A DNA stretch of 64,000 nucleotides from Callorhinchus milii (Eukaryota). The stretch is taken from assembly GCF_018977255.1 (NCBI RefSeq), contig NW_024704742.1, positions 23,376,001 through 23,440,000 of the forward strand. Direction: 5' to 3'. Numbering within the stretch: position 1 is the first letter of the stretch; the number at the start of each line of letters is the position of its first letter. The notes under the pieces were generated by a model. The model was not told where the DNA came from and searched no databases. It saw nothing but the letters and a program-made list of their open reading frames with translations. The translations under genes and the position numbers were made by a program. Below, piece by piece: positions 51,061 to 64,000 of the stretch.

Positions 51061-51321
51061 TTGCTATTATAATAAAATAAAAAATATAATAAAATATAGT
51101 GCTGTCAGACCACCACAGAATGTTATCACCAATGTATTATTAGCATGGCACAGCAGTCTGCAGATGTCCCATCACTTTTAAAGATATGGCACATATGGTA
51201 TATAATATTTTTTAAATAGCAAATAGGAAACACTGGTTTGTATCTTTCACTCCATCAATGGTATTCAAAATTAAATGTTAACTTTAAAAGTGAAGAATCT
51301 GCATAATAGCTGTTTTCAATA

Positions 51322-51439
51322 TCACCCACAAAATATACAATCAATTCACTTTGCAGTATATTCTGTGAAGCGCTTTGAAACCTTGCAACGACGTGATAAG
51401 GCGCTATATCAAATGCAAGGATTGCTATTATTATTATTA
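51322..51439 (+). mobile_element. SINE 3' tail fragment
   Basis: tcacccacaaaatatacaatcaattcacttt...gtgaagcgctttga..cgacgtgataaggcgctatatcaaatgcaagg..(tta)n. Confidence 0.85.
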
Positions 51440-53324
51440 ATATACATGAAGCTAAACTACAAGGTAAACTTTGGAAATGTAGTCAAAAGCTACCAATATA
51501 TACACGTTTCTGGAAGTCATAAGAAACAATTGCAGTTCTGGATAGTAAGCTTTTCTTCAAGAAGTTTCTCCTCACTTAAGATCTCTTTGCGTGCATTAAC
51601 CATATGAGAGTGTGTTTCGCTTGCTCTCAGGAAGTGGCAATCCAATCTGAAACTGGTTGTAAGGAGGTATCTGACAGTAGCCTGAGGACATTGTTCCTCC
51701 CTATGAGGAAATACCTGGCCAACAAAACACTTTTTCAATATACCGCAGATAAGATCAGTAACTTGAGTGTCTGCTGCAAATCCATATCCCACCACTCCAC
51801 GCACCCCAAAAACACAATTTCTTTTGGAATAAGTGAACATCTGATCTTTAAAACAAAGGCATCTCAGGATAAGATGCAATATAAAAAGTTATTTCTCTCT
51901 ATGTAGCAGAGGACAGGACCTCCACCAGCAGGAAGCCCTGGGACAGTGCACTTCACTTACAGAGCTTTCTATGTGAAGGAAATGGTATCAACTTTCTAGA
52001 GGCCAGCTATTCTAGCCACACTAGTCATCTTGCAAACAGGAAAGCTTTAAACATGAATACTGAAGAATAAAATATTTAAGTACTGCAATAATCCTCCTAG
52101 TTTCAGGCCATTTTATCCCACCTAATAAATGCACTATATAAATTATATTTGAGACAGGCAAACAACGTGGGTCACTCTAGATTCTGATATACAAGCTATT
52201 TAAGAACATTTAAAAACACTAATCAACAATGGGTTAGAATAGTAGAGGCTGGCTTAATTTACAATTAATTTTTACAAAACGCTGCTAAAGTCTTTTTCAT
52301 GGGACACTCCAGTGGAAGGAGTGAAATCGCTTTCTCTCAGCAAATGAGAATTCAGAATGGGAAACGTGAAATCTATTTTCTGCTCCAAATTGCTTTACTT
52401 CTGGAAGCAATTTCAAAGCCAATTCCAACAGTATAAATATGACGCATCAAACAAAAATTTGTCATTTTGACATATATTAAACGTAGACAAAATATAATGT
52501 GAAACAAAATGGATATCTTGGAAAATGCTGAATGCTAATTTAAAAGACTTCTTATAAGCACATTTGAGGAGTTGTGTGAAGTTTGGTAGCTTTAAACAAA
52601 CTCCATTTTTTCTAAGCCTATACAAATCTTTGACATTTGTGTTAAATGGAAAAATATGTTTTGCCCATATTTTCTCTTATGGTTCCTTACAAATATGCCA
52701 ATCAACTACAGATCAAACAAATTCCTATTATTGTTATTTCAGTTTGCTCCCTGCAAAAAAAATCCACAGTAAGTGATGAATAGTTTCATCCCTTCCAATG
52801 CAGAGTCCCGTGATAAACACCTAAGAAGCACTGTTCTATATATAAGAACTATAAAAGAAGCCAGTCACTTTTGCAGAAATTGTTTCTGGAGTTTTCCGAA
52901 GGTCTGTTTTTCCTTTTGCAATACAGTACATACATAACACATTGTGTCTTAACGTTGCAAGGGTTTAACTGCCTTAGGGTCCCAGCCACGACCATAAATC
53001 GTTCATAATTTGCAGTGCTTCTCAATGGGATTCCTTAGCAAAGAATCCAAGTTGTGCAAATTGACTTCCTGCAACATCCGGATGTATCTCACAACAGCCT
53101 GTGGGATCTTCATTCTGAGTTGATGCAATTGCATAATGGAGTTTCCATGGGTCAAAGGGAAATCTAACTAGGTTCCTTAATAAGGATTCCTGTTACAAAG
53201 TACAGCAATTTGAACCCAATGTGTTCAAAATTAGAAGTTTTTGCTCATTACATTATATTTTCGTAACTATCTTGCAGCGTTTTTAAATATTATATTGGTT
53301 TAACTTTGCTCTGACTTTGAGAGG

Positions 53325-53435
53325 TTACAGAAGCCAGCAACTAAGAAGATTCCCGGTTTCGGAAGTTGAGTTATGAAGAAAGCTTAAGGAAGTTCAGCTT
53401 GTATACTTTGTAAACGAGACTTTGACCTGAGGTAA
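53325..53435 (+). mobile_element. Short CR1 ORF2 relic
   Basis: Encodes VTE..ATKKIPGFRKLSYEESLRKFSLYTL. Confidence 0.6.
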
Positions 53436-56037
53436 TTATGTTTTCAGGACAAAGCTTCTCAATGAAAATGCTTTACTGTGAGGTAGGATTCAAGTATGGT
53501 CAGACCCTTTATACCGCAGGTTTATATATTGGTTCTACAGTGAGATCAGTCAGTCAATTAAAATCAAAAAAAGGATGAGCGTGTTGGGCTTAACAACATT
53601 TTTCAGTTGTTAAAAGTAATTGTGAGAAAACAATATTTTTCTTAATGCTACTTTCTTAGGTAATTGACAGATAATTAGTTATAATAATTTCCTTTTAATG
53701 CCCGATCTCATGCAGCTTTTACGCTGATTTTATATATTTGACAAATTTGGTCCAAATACCAAATAACCACTGCATATCATAGCTATTTCTTCACTGAGGT
53801 GGGAGGTACACAAGAAAGTAACAGCATTTATCACAGATGTATAAAAGTATCACTGTCCGTCGGTGCCTCTCAGCAGCAAAGTCATGACCCAGCTTCAGAC
53901 TTCTGTTCTGTGTCACACAGAATAAAAATTAAACAAGAAACCATAGCAATCGGTTATTTCAGGAAGTTTTTCAAAACATTTACGCTTCTGTTTCATTTCA
54001 GCCTGTTTTAAAGTTTTAAAATTGTCAGCATCTGTTTCTAAAGTACAGACTAAGCATGCAATATGACAGTTGGTATAATGTTTGAGAGTTAGATTCTACA
54101 CTTTCTTCCGAACAACGAAAACAGACTTAGTTGAATGACATATCTTACCCAATCACAAACCGGAGCTGCAATAATTTGTAGCTTACATCTTTGGAACACT
54201 CAATCCCCTCCAAAAATAACAACGCTATTGGGTGGGCATGACACTCGGCCTGTGGACTCCTCCATGGATACCATCAATGCCATTCCCTGGTTGAGCTATG
54301 CATTCAAATCATTCTGGAAAAAGCCCGACTGAAAGTATCAACTGCTAAACTCACCCAACAGCAGACACCTTCCTCCACCACCACCACCCAAGTGTGAATA
54401 ACAGTAAGAACTGGAAAGTGAACTTGTGTCTAAAGCGTGTGTCATTTCTAATTCCTGGACACCATGAATATTAATCTTTGAATGAATATGAATAGCGATT
54501 CTTGTAACAAGAAGCTTTCTACGAATAAATTGTTTAGGCATACCTTGTTTCAGGCTAACATTTAGAAGTCTGCAGAAATATACAAAAATGCAATTAATTT
54601 GAATACTCACATTGCACATGTCATGAGGTAGTGAGTCAAATTATGAACACCTAACTAACAAAGCCACTGGATATACTGTATACATATTAACACGACAAAA
54701 TTACACAAAGCAGTTTTAAGGGAATAGCAGGTTTCCTTTTAATTCCAGATAAATTATCCTGTATGTAGAATACTCCCTGCTTGTGCTGTTACATAACCCA
54801 GCATTTTACCTTTTGTTCAATTATCAGGGACACTTTAGTCACACTGTTTACTAATGAAATCCACCCCAGCATGTGCACACCAAGACAGACATAACGATAA
54901 ATGTATGTGCTCAGAATTCTTTTACATGCTTGTCATAAAAGAGGTCGAACAGTTTATTGACCACCACTGGATATTCTCTGTCAATGCTGAAGGAAATATG
55001 AGGGGCGAGTTGAGGCTACTGTTCTGGAGCTCATTGATAATGACATACCTGCCTCCACCACCCATTATCCATAGTACAAAGTACTTAAGGATAACTGAAA
55101 AATCAATATCCTCCTGGTGCTGGTTCCTGCTTTTGCCCTATTTGATTGTCAGCTCCTGTCTAGGGCCCAATCTGACAAGAAAGGGGCCGTGACTACATGA
55201 TGCTTTCAGAACTCCTAACGATACGGAACAAGTCAACAGAACAGTAAATTTTGCTTCCATACCCTCCTCATCAATTAGCCCTGGGTGAGGTCTGCTTGGA
55301 TGGTGCAGTCTCTCCATTTTAGAGCGAGTGCATTCAAACTGAACACACCACTGCCCTCAGCAGTGAGTCAGGAAATCCACTGACAGCTTAAACAAAGCAG
55401 AAAGTTGTAACTGTCATAATCTGCATCACACTTTCACACCAACAAGGGCGTTATCAGTTGGGGCAAGCCCTAGAACACATCAAACTTCTCCAAGTTACTC
55501 CATCATAAATTCTCATCTGGAGTGTGATAAAACACACACAAAATGGTCATGAATTTTTTGGTCTCTTGCAGAACATGCTGCACACCAGCAAGATACAGAG
55601 GTCAAAAAAGCCACAAAACAGTTCACCATTCCTTTAACACACTGTAAGCAAGCAGATTGTGATATCTGACAGCAATATGTGTGATGAATCTGAAGGAAAA
55701 GCACCTTAAAAGGCAATGCCTTTATTTAAAAAGTGCCAAAACAGAAAACAGTTTGCCCAATGCTGCAACAAATTACAATATGCATCAATGCTTCACAAAT
55801 GATCACGACAAAAATGGTTGTTTCTCTTTCTGAATCAAAAAGTGCCTCATCAACTGCCGTGCACCAATGAAGTACTACAACCAGCATCACTAAATAAGTG
55901 GATGCAAAATGACTTCAAAATGCCTGATTGTTCATAAAAGTCATCACTAACAATCAGCAGAACTGCTGGTTTATTCACCATTTAGAACTTTATTAAAAAT
56001 GAATAGCAGCTTGATCGAGAAAGATTTTACAAATCTT

Positions 56038-56367
56038 AATAATAATATAATAATAATTCTTGCATTTGATATAGCGCTTTTCACGTCGGGAGGACGTCCC
56101 AAAGCGCTTCACAGAACACACTGTAAAGCGAATTGACTGTATATTTGTGGGTGAACGCGGCAGCCAATTGCGCACAGCAATGTCCCACAAACAGTCGTAG
56201 ATTGAAAATGAACAATTTATTATTGTTTTGGGTTTTTTGGAGGGATTATTATTAGGCTCTGTGTGGAGTAAGGAAACTTGCCCAAGGTTTCGCCCTCTGC
56301 CTGGAATTGAACTCAGGTCTCTCGCTTGCAAAGCGAGTGTTCTAACCACTGAGCTACAGGACTCCAC
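56038..56367 (-). mobile_element. Full-length young tRNA(Ala-like)-derived SINE with Deu segment and L2-type tail
   Basis: Minus strand: GGAGTCCTG-TAGCTCAGTGG (A box), CTCGC-TTTGCAA-GCGAG anticodon-like arm, GAGTTCAATTCC (B box), CCTTGGGCAAGT, Deu segment, 3' stem-loop, (att)n. Confidence 0.93.
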
Positions 56368-58699
56368 CACAAAAGAACTAAATGACAATTTATTTCTCAC
56401 AGCCCCTTTATTTCTCAAAACTAGCTTTAGTCACAATGTGAGTTTTGAATTGCATTGCTTGAAGGTTGCAGTCAAGAATGGGAAAGATAATCTCACAGAT
56501 ATAAGGAAAACAACCGGATCCACCAGATGATCATTTTTAAGCTTCTTTTCCATCTCTGTGAAGATTTGCCATTTCCATTTTCCACATTCTCGCTTGATAT
56601 CAAGAACATTCATCAATGGGCTGTTCCATACCTAATGAAGCTTTTCAGCAGCTGTTCTCAAGCTGGATGCTGATTAGAAGGTAACTGAGCTACAGAACTT
56701 GGCTGATATTAAACTTGCCCAGCTTTGACACCCTCGGATCAGAACCCAAAATGGGAAAGGCTGCTAATCCAGATTATTTCCTACGTAACAGACATCAGCT
56801 GAATGGCCTTCCAATAAATCTGGAGACTCAAAATAATTCAGTATTTGATGAGAAAATATTGTATATTTTAAATATTTTGCACGATATAGGAGTCTTTCTT
56901 TAAAAAACTAAATATAATAGTACTTGACACTGTAAGTACGTTCCTTAGCTGCATCGATGTGATTTCCAGCATTGAATTGTACAGGTTAACGTCAGTAGCT
57001 GCACAATTTATCTTACTTTATTATAATAAAGAATTTCTACAAAAAGTACAAACATGATAATTAATGATAGGCTTAAAGTATTTGGCAAAGACTTGTTTTA
57101 GACTCAACTTGTTGTTAAGCCAAGCGTCTGTTACCATGTCATGTTCTTTTGTGTGAACATCTGATAGTGAAGTGAAAGATCATGGACAGTGTCCAGTTCC
57201 AGCAACCAGATCATGTGAAGCAGTCACAGTCATAAATCAAAGTTTTGCACAATCACCAGAACCCAGTTTAAACCCACCTAGCCAGCCCCTTGCTGTGCTG
57301 ACAAGCAGGTCGGAATGAAGCATGGAATGAAATGAAGGCTTCTTAAGAACTACAGATAATAAGAATAGATAGTGAAGGGGAAAATCTAGAAAATCCACAC
57401 TGGGTAATCTTGGGCAGTCCTGCACAAAAACTGTTGCCTATTGAAAACTTTTAGTTGGTAAATAAACAAGAATGTTTCCTGCTGTAAAAAATATTTGTTA
57501 TGTATTTTTTTAAAAACAGACAAGACATTCTGGAATAAATTAAAATATAATGCACATCAGAAAAGCAAATATTTCTGCCAATGATCAAACGTATTCATAT
57601 ATTTTAATAAGGGAAGTAGCTCGACAAAATATGCACAGTAGTTGTAACAAATAAAGTTCAAACATAATCTGTTCTCTTCCCAGAGCACTGCTAAAGGTTT
57701 TGTATAAACTTACAAAGAACACTAGCCTTCCAGAGATGAAGAGTGATTCAGAGGAGAAGAATGCATTTTAAACAGTTACATGAAGGTTTCAGTCCTTGAC
57801 ATAAATCAATGTTGTACCAATAAACTAAGTCCCAATGCTATCTTCACATGCCTACAGTTTTTATTTGTGACAGCTCTTTTATAAACCTCAAACACATGGA
57901 GCCCTCAAACGTTTATGTAATAACAAGCTTGATGATGTACTGCTACTGCTGAAAGTTACTTGTGTTCAATTTCAGACATTCTGTAAGACAAAGTTCCATT
58001 GCTAATGGTTATAACAAGAATCTTTCCACTTATAAAATGTTTCGCCAAACCACGTTTCTGTTCAACAATTACATATTGGACGTCAGCTGAAAAATACAAA
58101 ACTGCAACTAATTGAACTAACACATTCACTTGGCACTGAAGTTGTGAGTCAGACTATTGACACCAAAACTAAGACTCTGGATATATAAAGATTGAAAGCT
58201 TAAGTAAAGATTACACAGGAGGAATGTTGGCAATTCTGACAGGTGAATTATTCATCATATTGATGATATTTTACAAAAAGAATTTCAACTACAAATTATT
58301 ATATCAGTGAAATTGGCTGAAGACAATGTAAATGTTTACAAATGGGGATATGCAGATGCCTATCATTGCTTTTGGCAACTTCAAAGATTCTAAGCATTCA
58401 CAGAATTGGGTTGGCATAGTTTACATTAGCAACGTTCCAAACACAATTCCCTGAAGATGAGACAATTTATTGATCATTCAAATCTACCTTAAATAAATAT
58501 AAGCAACTAGATACAGTTCCGCATTGTGAAAGCTGGAATGTTTATTTTCTCTGTTAATTTGAAGACAATTTCATACATGTGCATTTTGATTATAAAAGAC
58601 CACAAAATAGTGAGGGTCCATGCAGTCACATCAGAAGATATTCACCTTGCTTTCACTTTCCTCAAAACACCTTTTTAAAAGCAGGATCCTGATGAAAGC

Positions 58700-58734
58700 T
58701 GGGAATCAATCAATGATTTTTTGATTGATTCCCA
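58700..58734. repeat. Perfect 14-bp inverted repeat with a 7-nt spacer
   Basis: tgggaatcaatcaa-tgatttt-ttgattgattccca. Confidence 0.9.
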
Positions 58735-59044
58735 ATCAATAACTTTCAAAACATGATAAATAGTCCAAAGGACTTCCTGGGAACTTTTAAACTTAACATT
58801 TTCAAGTTAAAATATTCGATTTTCAACAGCAGCAGTTGAAGCAGCAGTTACATTACTTGGTGCAAAGTGAATTGATGTGACTATCCAAGGTGGTCCTATA
58901 CCACTTCTCTTCACTGGGTTTGGGATCCTGACATTGTACTTGCATGAGGTTCTTGCATTGCATGGATGCCAAAATCATGCAGAATTGGCACAAACTGTGC
59001 AATATCACTCAATCATTAAAACATGTAGAAAACACCAGTTATTG

Positions 59045-59155
59045 ACAGTCAATTTACTTTACAGTATATTCTGTGAAGCGCTTTGAGACGTCTCAAACAC
59101 GTGATTAGGTGTTATATCAAATGTAAGGATCATTACTATGATTATTATTATTATT
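59045..59155 (+). mobile_element. SINE 3' tail fragment
   Basis: acagtcaatttactttacagtatattctgtgaagcgctttgagacgtc...atatcaaatgtaagga..(att)n. Confidence 0.85.
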
Positions 59156-62100
59156 GAACAGCATTTATCCCCACTTCCAAATATGTATCTAAACAGTTTA
59201 TGCTAACAATAAAAAAGTAGTCTTTGCCTAGAAAAGTAGGAGTAAAACAAAAATCTACTGAGTGCAAAATCATACCCACACTTCCAAAATAAACCTTACA
59301 AGGTCAAATATTAGGGGTGTACTCCAAATTCAAGGCTGTTTTCCAAAGATTAATTTTTGGCATCAAAAAATCCGGCCTGTTACCTCAATTTATCAAATTT
59401 TCATGAGAATAATTTCAGCAGAGTGGGTGGGCTCTTACTATTGTCCACCCAGAGAGAAACAATGAAAATATTTTAATTTGGTTACACTGTGTTCCAAAAA
59501 TAAAGTTGGTGTAATCATTCCTGTTCTAAGAAAATCTATTTATAACACACTCGATTGCATCAACCTATTAAACAGTGCATGATTGCACTATGTAGTGTAT
59601 GCATTTTAAATGTATATTTCATCCTGAGACCAAACATTGAACTTCATTATCTTGTTAAAGATGTTTTACAACATATCTATAGTGTGGTAAATAAACACGC
59701 AACAGTTAAAAAAAAAAGATTTGGAGAAGACAGACATGCCAGATAGTTAAATTCTACCCCAAAAAAAAATATTTTCTCTTTAGAAGTAAACAGGATTACA
59801 ACTGTCAAGATTGAGGCACCTACCAAAACCATTAGCCAGTCCAACCAGAGAAAAGAGTACAGCATGCATCACTGAATAATTTCCTTTCAAATCCACATTT
59901 CCCTTCAGCAATTTGAGCTTCATCACCAATGCAGGAATTTATTAATGTGACAGGCCAAGACATTCATGTTTCCTTCTCTTTCCCACCCCCCACCCGTATC
60001 ATTTTTCTATAAATGGTTACACAGTGCAACTTTATGGAGCACGTGGTCAATGGCCATTAATTCGTCAGCCTCCAGGAATGCGTAAAATAATAAAACAACA
60101 AAATCAGGTAACCAAAAAACCAACATTCAAAGCATGCGACAAGATATACCAAAAACATACAAAAATAATCCAACATTTCTTTAAACCTAAATCACATGTG
60201 ATGATGTAACCTCCGTGAAATACTTTGTTTAAATGGAGGTGATATCGCAATCGACAACAGATGGCACTGTGCAAAGAAATTCCATAGTGATGTCACTGGA
60301 ACTACTCAGTAATCTGCACAATGAAACCGTTTACATAACACTGATATTTCCATCTAGCTTTTCCCATTGTACTTACTTTGCTTACACAACGCATAAATCG
60401 AATCCACGATGAAGAACTTTGGCATACTATCCACCAAGTCTGTATTGTGCTTCTAATGTTCAAAATGGAATATTCCTTCCATAACAGTGCAAACATTTAG
60501 CTACGTATCATTGTACCAATAACCTAAAATCAACTTTGTGAATCCAAGCATGAGACTCTCAATGTGGCTGAAAATTTGATTCTTTTAATGATTTCAGCAT
60601 GGCATTTTCTTCTCTTTCAAAATAGCAATAATAGATTTTATAACAGCTGCAACGGATCCATTGGCAAATTATTACGGCCAAATTTAAAACCTATACATGG
60701 AATAGAATAACTTCAGTTTTCTCTAGATAAACTCTGACCATAATTTAGAAAACAAATCCTTTTGTGCTATACTGGTTATAAATTACATATTACAGTATAG
60801 TAACATGTATTAACTTTGTTAACCCCTTAAATTCTTAGATTTAGATTTCTGCACCCAAAGGATTTCTTCCACATTTTCAATCTACAGTTAAGATGCCTAG
60901 TTTTTGGGCAAACTTAAGTCACTCATCATGCTTTCAAACTAAAATAAACACACAGACATGTAAAAACTTACAATTATTTCCTCATCTTTGGCTTTTGTTT
61001 TAGTTAAAATATTTAGAATTGTCTGGATGTGCCAATTTACAGAAGTATGAAAGATGCACAGTTATTCAACTCTACAAATAGTCATGATGTGATGTCATGA
61101 TTTGTTAGCATCATTGTGCTCATCTGCTCACACAGTGCAAATCAGGAAGTATTTCACACACACAATCTTCTGCAGTACCAGCTGGTCACTGGTTTTGAAG
61201 GAGGAAAATGTACTAAATCGTTGATCGTTGCATGCTTTTAAACTGTGGTGTATTTTGGCTCTGAAAGAGATTGCAGGACTATAGTTCATTGAAAGATGGT
61301 TTTAGTCTGTCAAATCAGCTGAGTATAATTCTTTGGGTATAATCAGATTCCATTTCTAATTTGTCTATAACATTTCAGACATTTTAAAAATGAGCAAAAA
61401 TGATTACAGAATATACCTAACTTTTCTCCAGGACACATTTGTTGTTTTTATTTCTGCTATGTTCACATGTCTCGGTGACAATTTAAACAACTATGTTCCC
61501 TAAATTATTTCAGAACCATTGCACATATGTTTTTTTTCCAAAAGATCATAAAGACACTTAACGTAACTCAAAAAATGCTGAGTCAGTACATAATAAGCAT
61601 CAGGTACAGTTAATTGCCACATCCAACAAAATGCAAAAAAAATCAAAATACGTTGCAAATTTCATTATATGTACATATTGTATATACACACCATAACTTT
61701 ACCCATCTGCCAGATGAATTCCTTTGTATCACCTATAGAGCTCACATAGAGATATAACAGAAATATTTTCCAATTTACATTCCAATTTAAATGTTTTAAA
61801 TGGTGTAATGTTTTAGATTGGTTGCTGGAAGTGGATAGGTAGGTCTCAATCATGAAATAACCTCAACTTGTGTCAATCTAGTGAAGTTCAAAATAAAATG
61901 GATAATCACATAACCTAATGAATTTACAATAGTAAACTCTTTAATATTAAAACTGAACAGGAGAAATGTTGAGTGTAGAAAAAGTAAGATGAGAAGTACA
62001 ATTTGTTTTAACATGTTATTTTCACAAAAATGAACTTTTCATTTTTATTCAAAAACAAACATATTCAAAAACAAAAACACCATTCTTTTAGTAAAAGTAA

Positions 62101-63049
62101 CTTTTCAAAAATACAATAGGGCATTATAATTAAACATTTGGAGTTTGAAATCTATAAGTGTGAGTAAATTACAAATATTGCGAATCTAGCAGAAAATTAA
62201 AATGCACATTGATTTTAAAAAAATTGTGATGCAAGCCTATTCAATATCGATATTTCACAGGTGAACTTTACCTACAGAAACTGGAAAAAAATAAGTACAG
62301 TATGCTATACATTTGGGAAATGATTTAACATGTTTTAGACTTGATGTGGTGCCTGCAGTGAAGGAATTTAGAGCTGCTCTGAATCACTTTCCTCAGTCTG
62401 GATTCAAGAAAAACAGAGTGCCGCTAACAGGCACCAAATGCAGGTTACTAGTTATTAAAAAGAAACGCAACCAAATCTCGAACATTTAAAAATTTAAAGT
62501 TTCAACTTTAATAATTGGTTTTGCAATAGCAGCAGTTAGATTAGAATTATGAGCATCAATTCAATTCTTAAACCACCTTCTTGAGCAACACTTAAAATCA
62601 GATCCATGTCAGTTACATTATACTTTTACTGTTGTTTCAAGATGGGAATTGCTTCAAAAACTGAAGCAAATGAATGTGTATTGCAACATTAAAGTAATAC
62701 TGCTATGTACTTATAATCCCTGCAATTACTCAAACCCACAAAGACCCATAGACAAATATGCTATATATAAGGTTAAACTAATAAAGTAACTATGTTGTAT
62801 CTATCAAAGAATCAGTGATTCTTGAGTTGACCTCGATAAACTGGGTTTTTAATATCCAAACAAAGCTACCTGGCAGTCCATAGCTTTGCTTCCTCAGACT
62901 GGTCATTAAAAATCAAGGGAACAAAATGCAAGTAAGAGAAATCAGCACATCACTGTAAAGACCTATTACACTTTACTCTGCCAGAACAGAATTTGCCCTG
63001 CATTTATACAAATGCTGGAAGGCTGGAGCATTTCTAGTTGTGTTGAGAT

Positions 63050-63930
63050 CATTTTCATTGATTTGAACTGCAAACCATAGTATGAGAAAAAGGGATGTTT
63101 CATTTTTAATTAGTAGCTGAGTGCACAATTTATGACAAACAGTTCTCACAATTCCCTTCATTATTGGTTACAAAATAGGCCAATGGTATGTAATACCCTT
63201 GGGTTACTGAGTGGGAACCTGCCAATAAAATATATAAATAGTTTGCACCTATTATAAGTAAAAAGAATAGCAACAATAGAGTCTCATCGCTTTGAACAAA
63301 GGAATGTTTGTGCGGGGGTCTTGCATATGTTAGCTTTATTTTACCCCCCTCGGGGTTGGTGTGCCTTCCCTCAGACCTTACAGATAAAGATGCTGTTGCT
63401 CCCTGCTGCAACACCCACAGTAAACACAGAGAGAGCTAAACAAACATGTTGTAGAGCAGCAAAAAGAAAAAAAGGCCAGCCTCCCATAATGTATTTATTG
63501 TCAGGAGCAGACCTCCTCCTCTCCTCCTCTCCTCCCTGGGCTCATTAGTTGAAGTATGATGAGAGGTGGTAAAGGAGTGAATGTAGTTCAATTCATTGAG
63601 GGCTTTCAAGTGGCTCTCAAGATGGAGAGCCCCTTTCTGTTCCTGTCTCCCTCACTCATTCACTCGTTGCGGATTCCTTTAAGAGCCCAGGCTGCCACTT
63701 TCTATTTAATGCACCTTCAAGGAAGTGCTGATGGGACTCAAAAACAACCCCAACACGGTGCTGGAGGGTGGCAAGGCTCTTCAATTACAGCTTCTGATAC
63801 GGTGGCCTTTAATTATTCATGCACAAGGAGAAGACTCGCTGCTTTCTTTCACGGGATTGTGCGCCGAGGACGTTTCGGGCAAAATACGGTGGCAGTTCGA
63901 AAGCTCCGCTTCAAACCGCGTTGAATGTAT
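63050..63930. promoter_or_regulatory. Candidate conserved enhancer block toward the predicted nested MAB21L2 gene
   Basis: Repeat-free, with homeodomain-type motifs (TTTATGAC 63129-63136, CCAATAAAA 63222-63230, several TAAT/ATTA) and rising GC/CpG at 63660-63925. Function is inferred only. Confidence 0.4.
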
Positions 63931-64000
63931 ATTTTCGGTGGTATTCATTTAGATTTAGCTTTTTTTCTTAGTTTTTTTTATTTTTTATATGTATACATAA

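Larger units (their letters stand above)
29585..64000 (-). other. 3' part of a very large LRBA intron (equivalent to the MAB21L-hosting intron)
   Basis: I found no further PH-domain exon by eye up to the window end. The position matches, from recall, the intron that hosts MAB21L2/MAB21L1 in other vertebrates. Confidence 0.7.

Noticed and set aside
56295..56367. tRNA-Ala(TGC)-like sequence (also at 18373-18445 and 41940-42009)
   Set aside because: It has A/B boxes and an anticodon-like arm but no pairing acceptor stem, and it runs directly into a SINE body. It is a SINE head, not a tRNA gene.
29585..64000. MAB21L1/2 coding sequence
   Set aside because: It would appear as a single ORF of roughly 360 aa; no such ORF is in the track.

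Overview
AT-rich vertebrate genomic DNA, most likely from a cartilaginous fish (inferred from the repeat content: tRNA-head/Deu-domain SINEs, shark-type CR1 3' ends, L2). The only host protein-coding sequence I can support is four consecutive minus-strand exons (29584-29467, 27963-27861, 26445-26330, 23594-23482). They splice in frame into 150 aa covering the end of the PH domain and the start of the BEACH domain of an NBEA/LRBA-family protein, and the diagnostic residues favour LRBA. The rest is intron: more than 23 kb downstream of the last exon and more than 34 kb upstream of the first. By exon position, the upstream intron is the one that hosts the nested antisense MAB21L gene in other vertebrates (MAB21L2 in LRBA, MAB21L1 in NBEA). 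No MAB21L ORF lies in the window, so 29.6-64 kb is probably its 5' regulatory landscape; it has repeat-poor, motif-dense blocks that look like conserved non-coding elements, though I cannot verify conservation here. Mobile DNA includes a young SINE family sharing a 3' stem-loop with a young L2 LINE, older Deu-SINEs, CR1 and L2 relics, and a hAT MITE with a perfect 8-bp TSD. I found no evidence for a wholly new biological system. The best leads are regulatory candidates, two oddities in the last BEACH exon (GAG acceptor, N>S change) and several unclassified repeat structures. Repeat boundaries are by eye and approximate.
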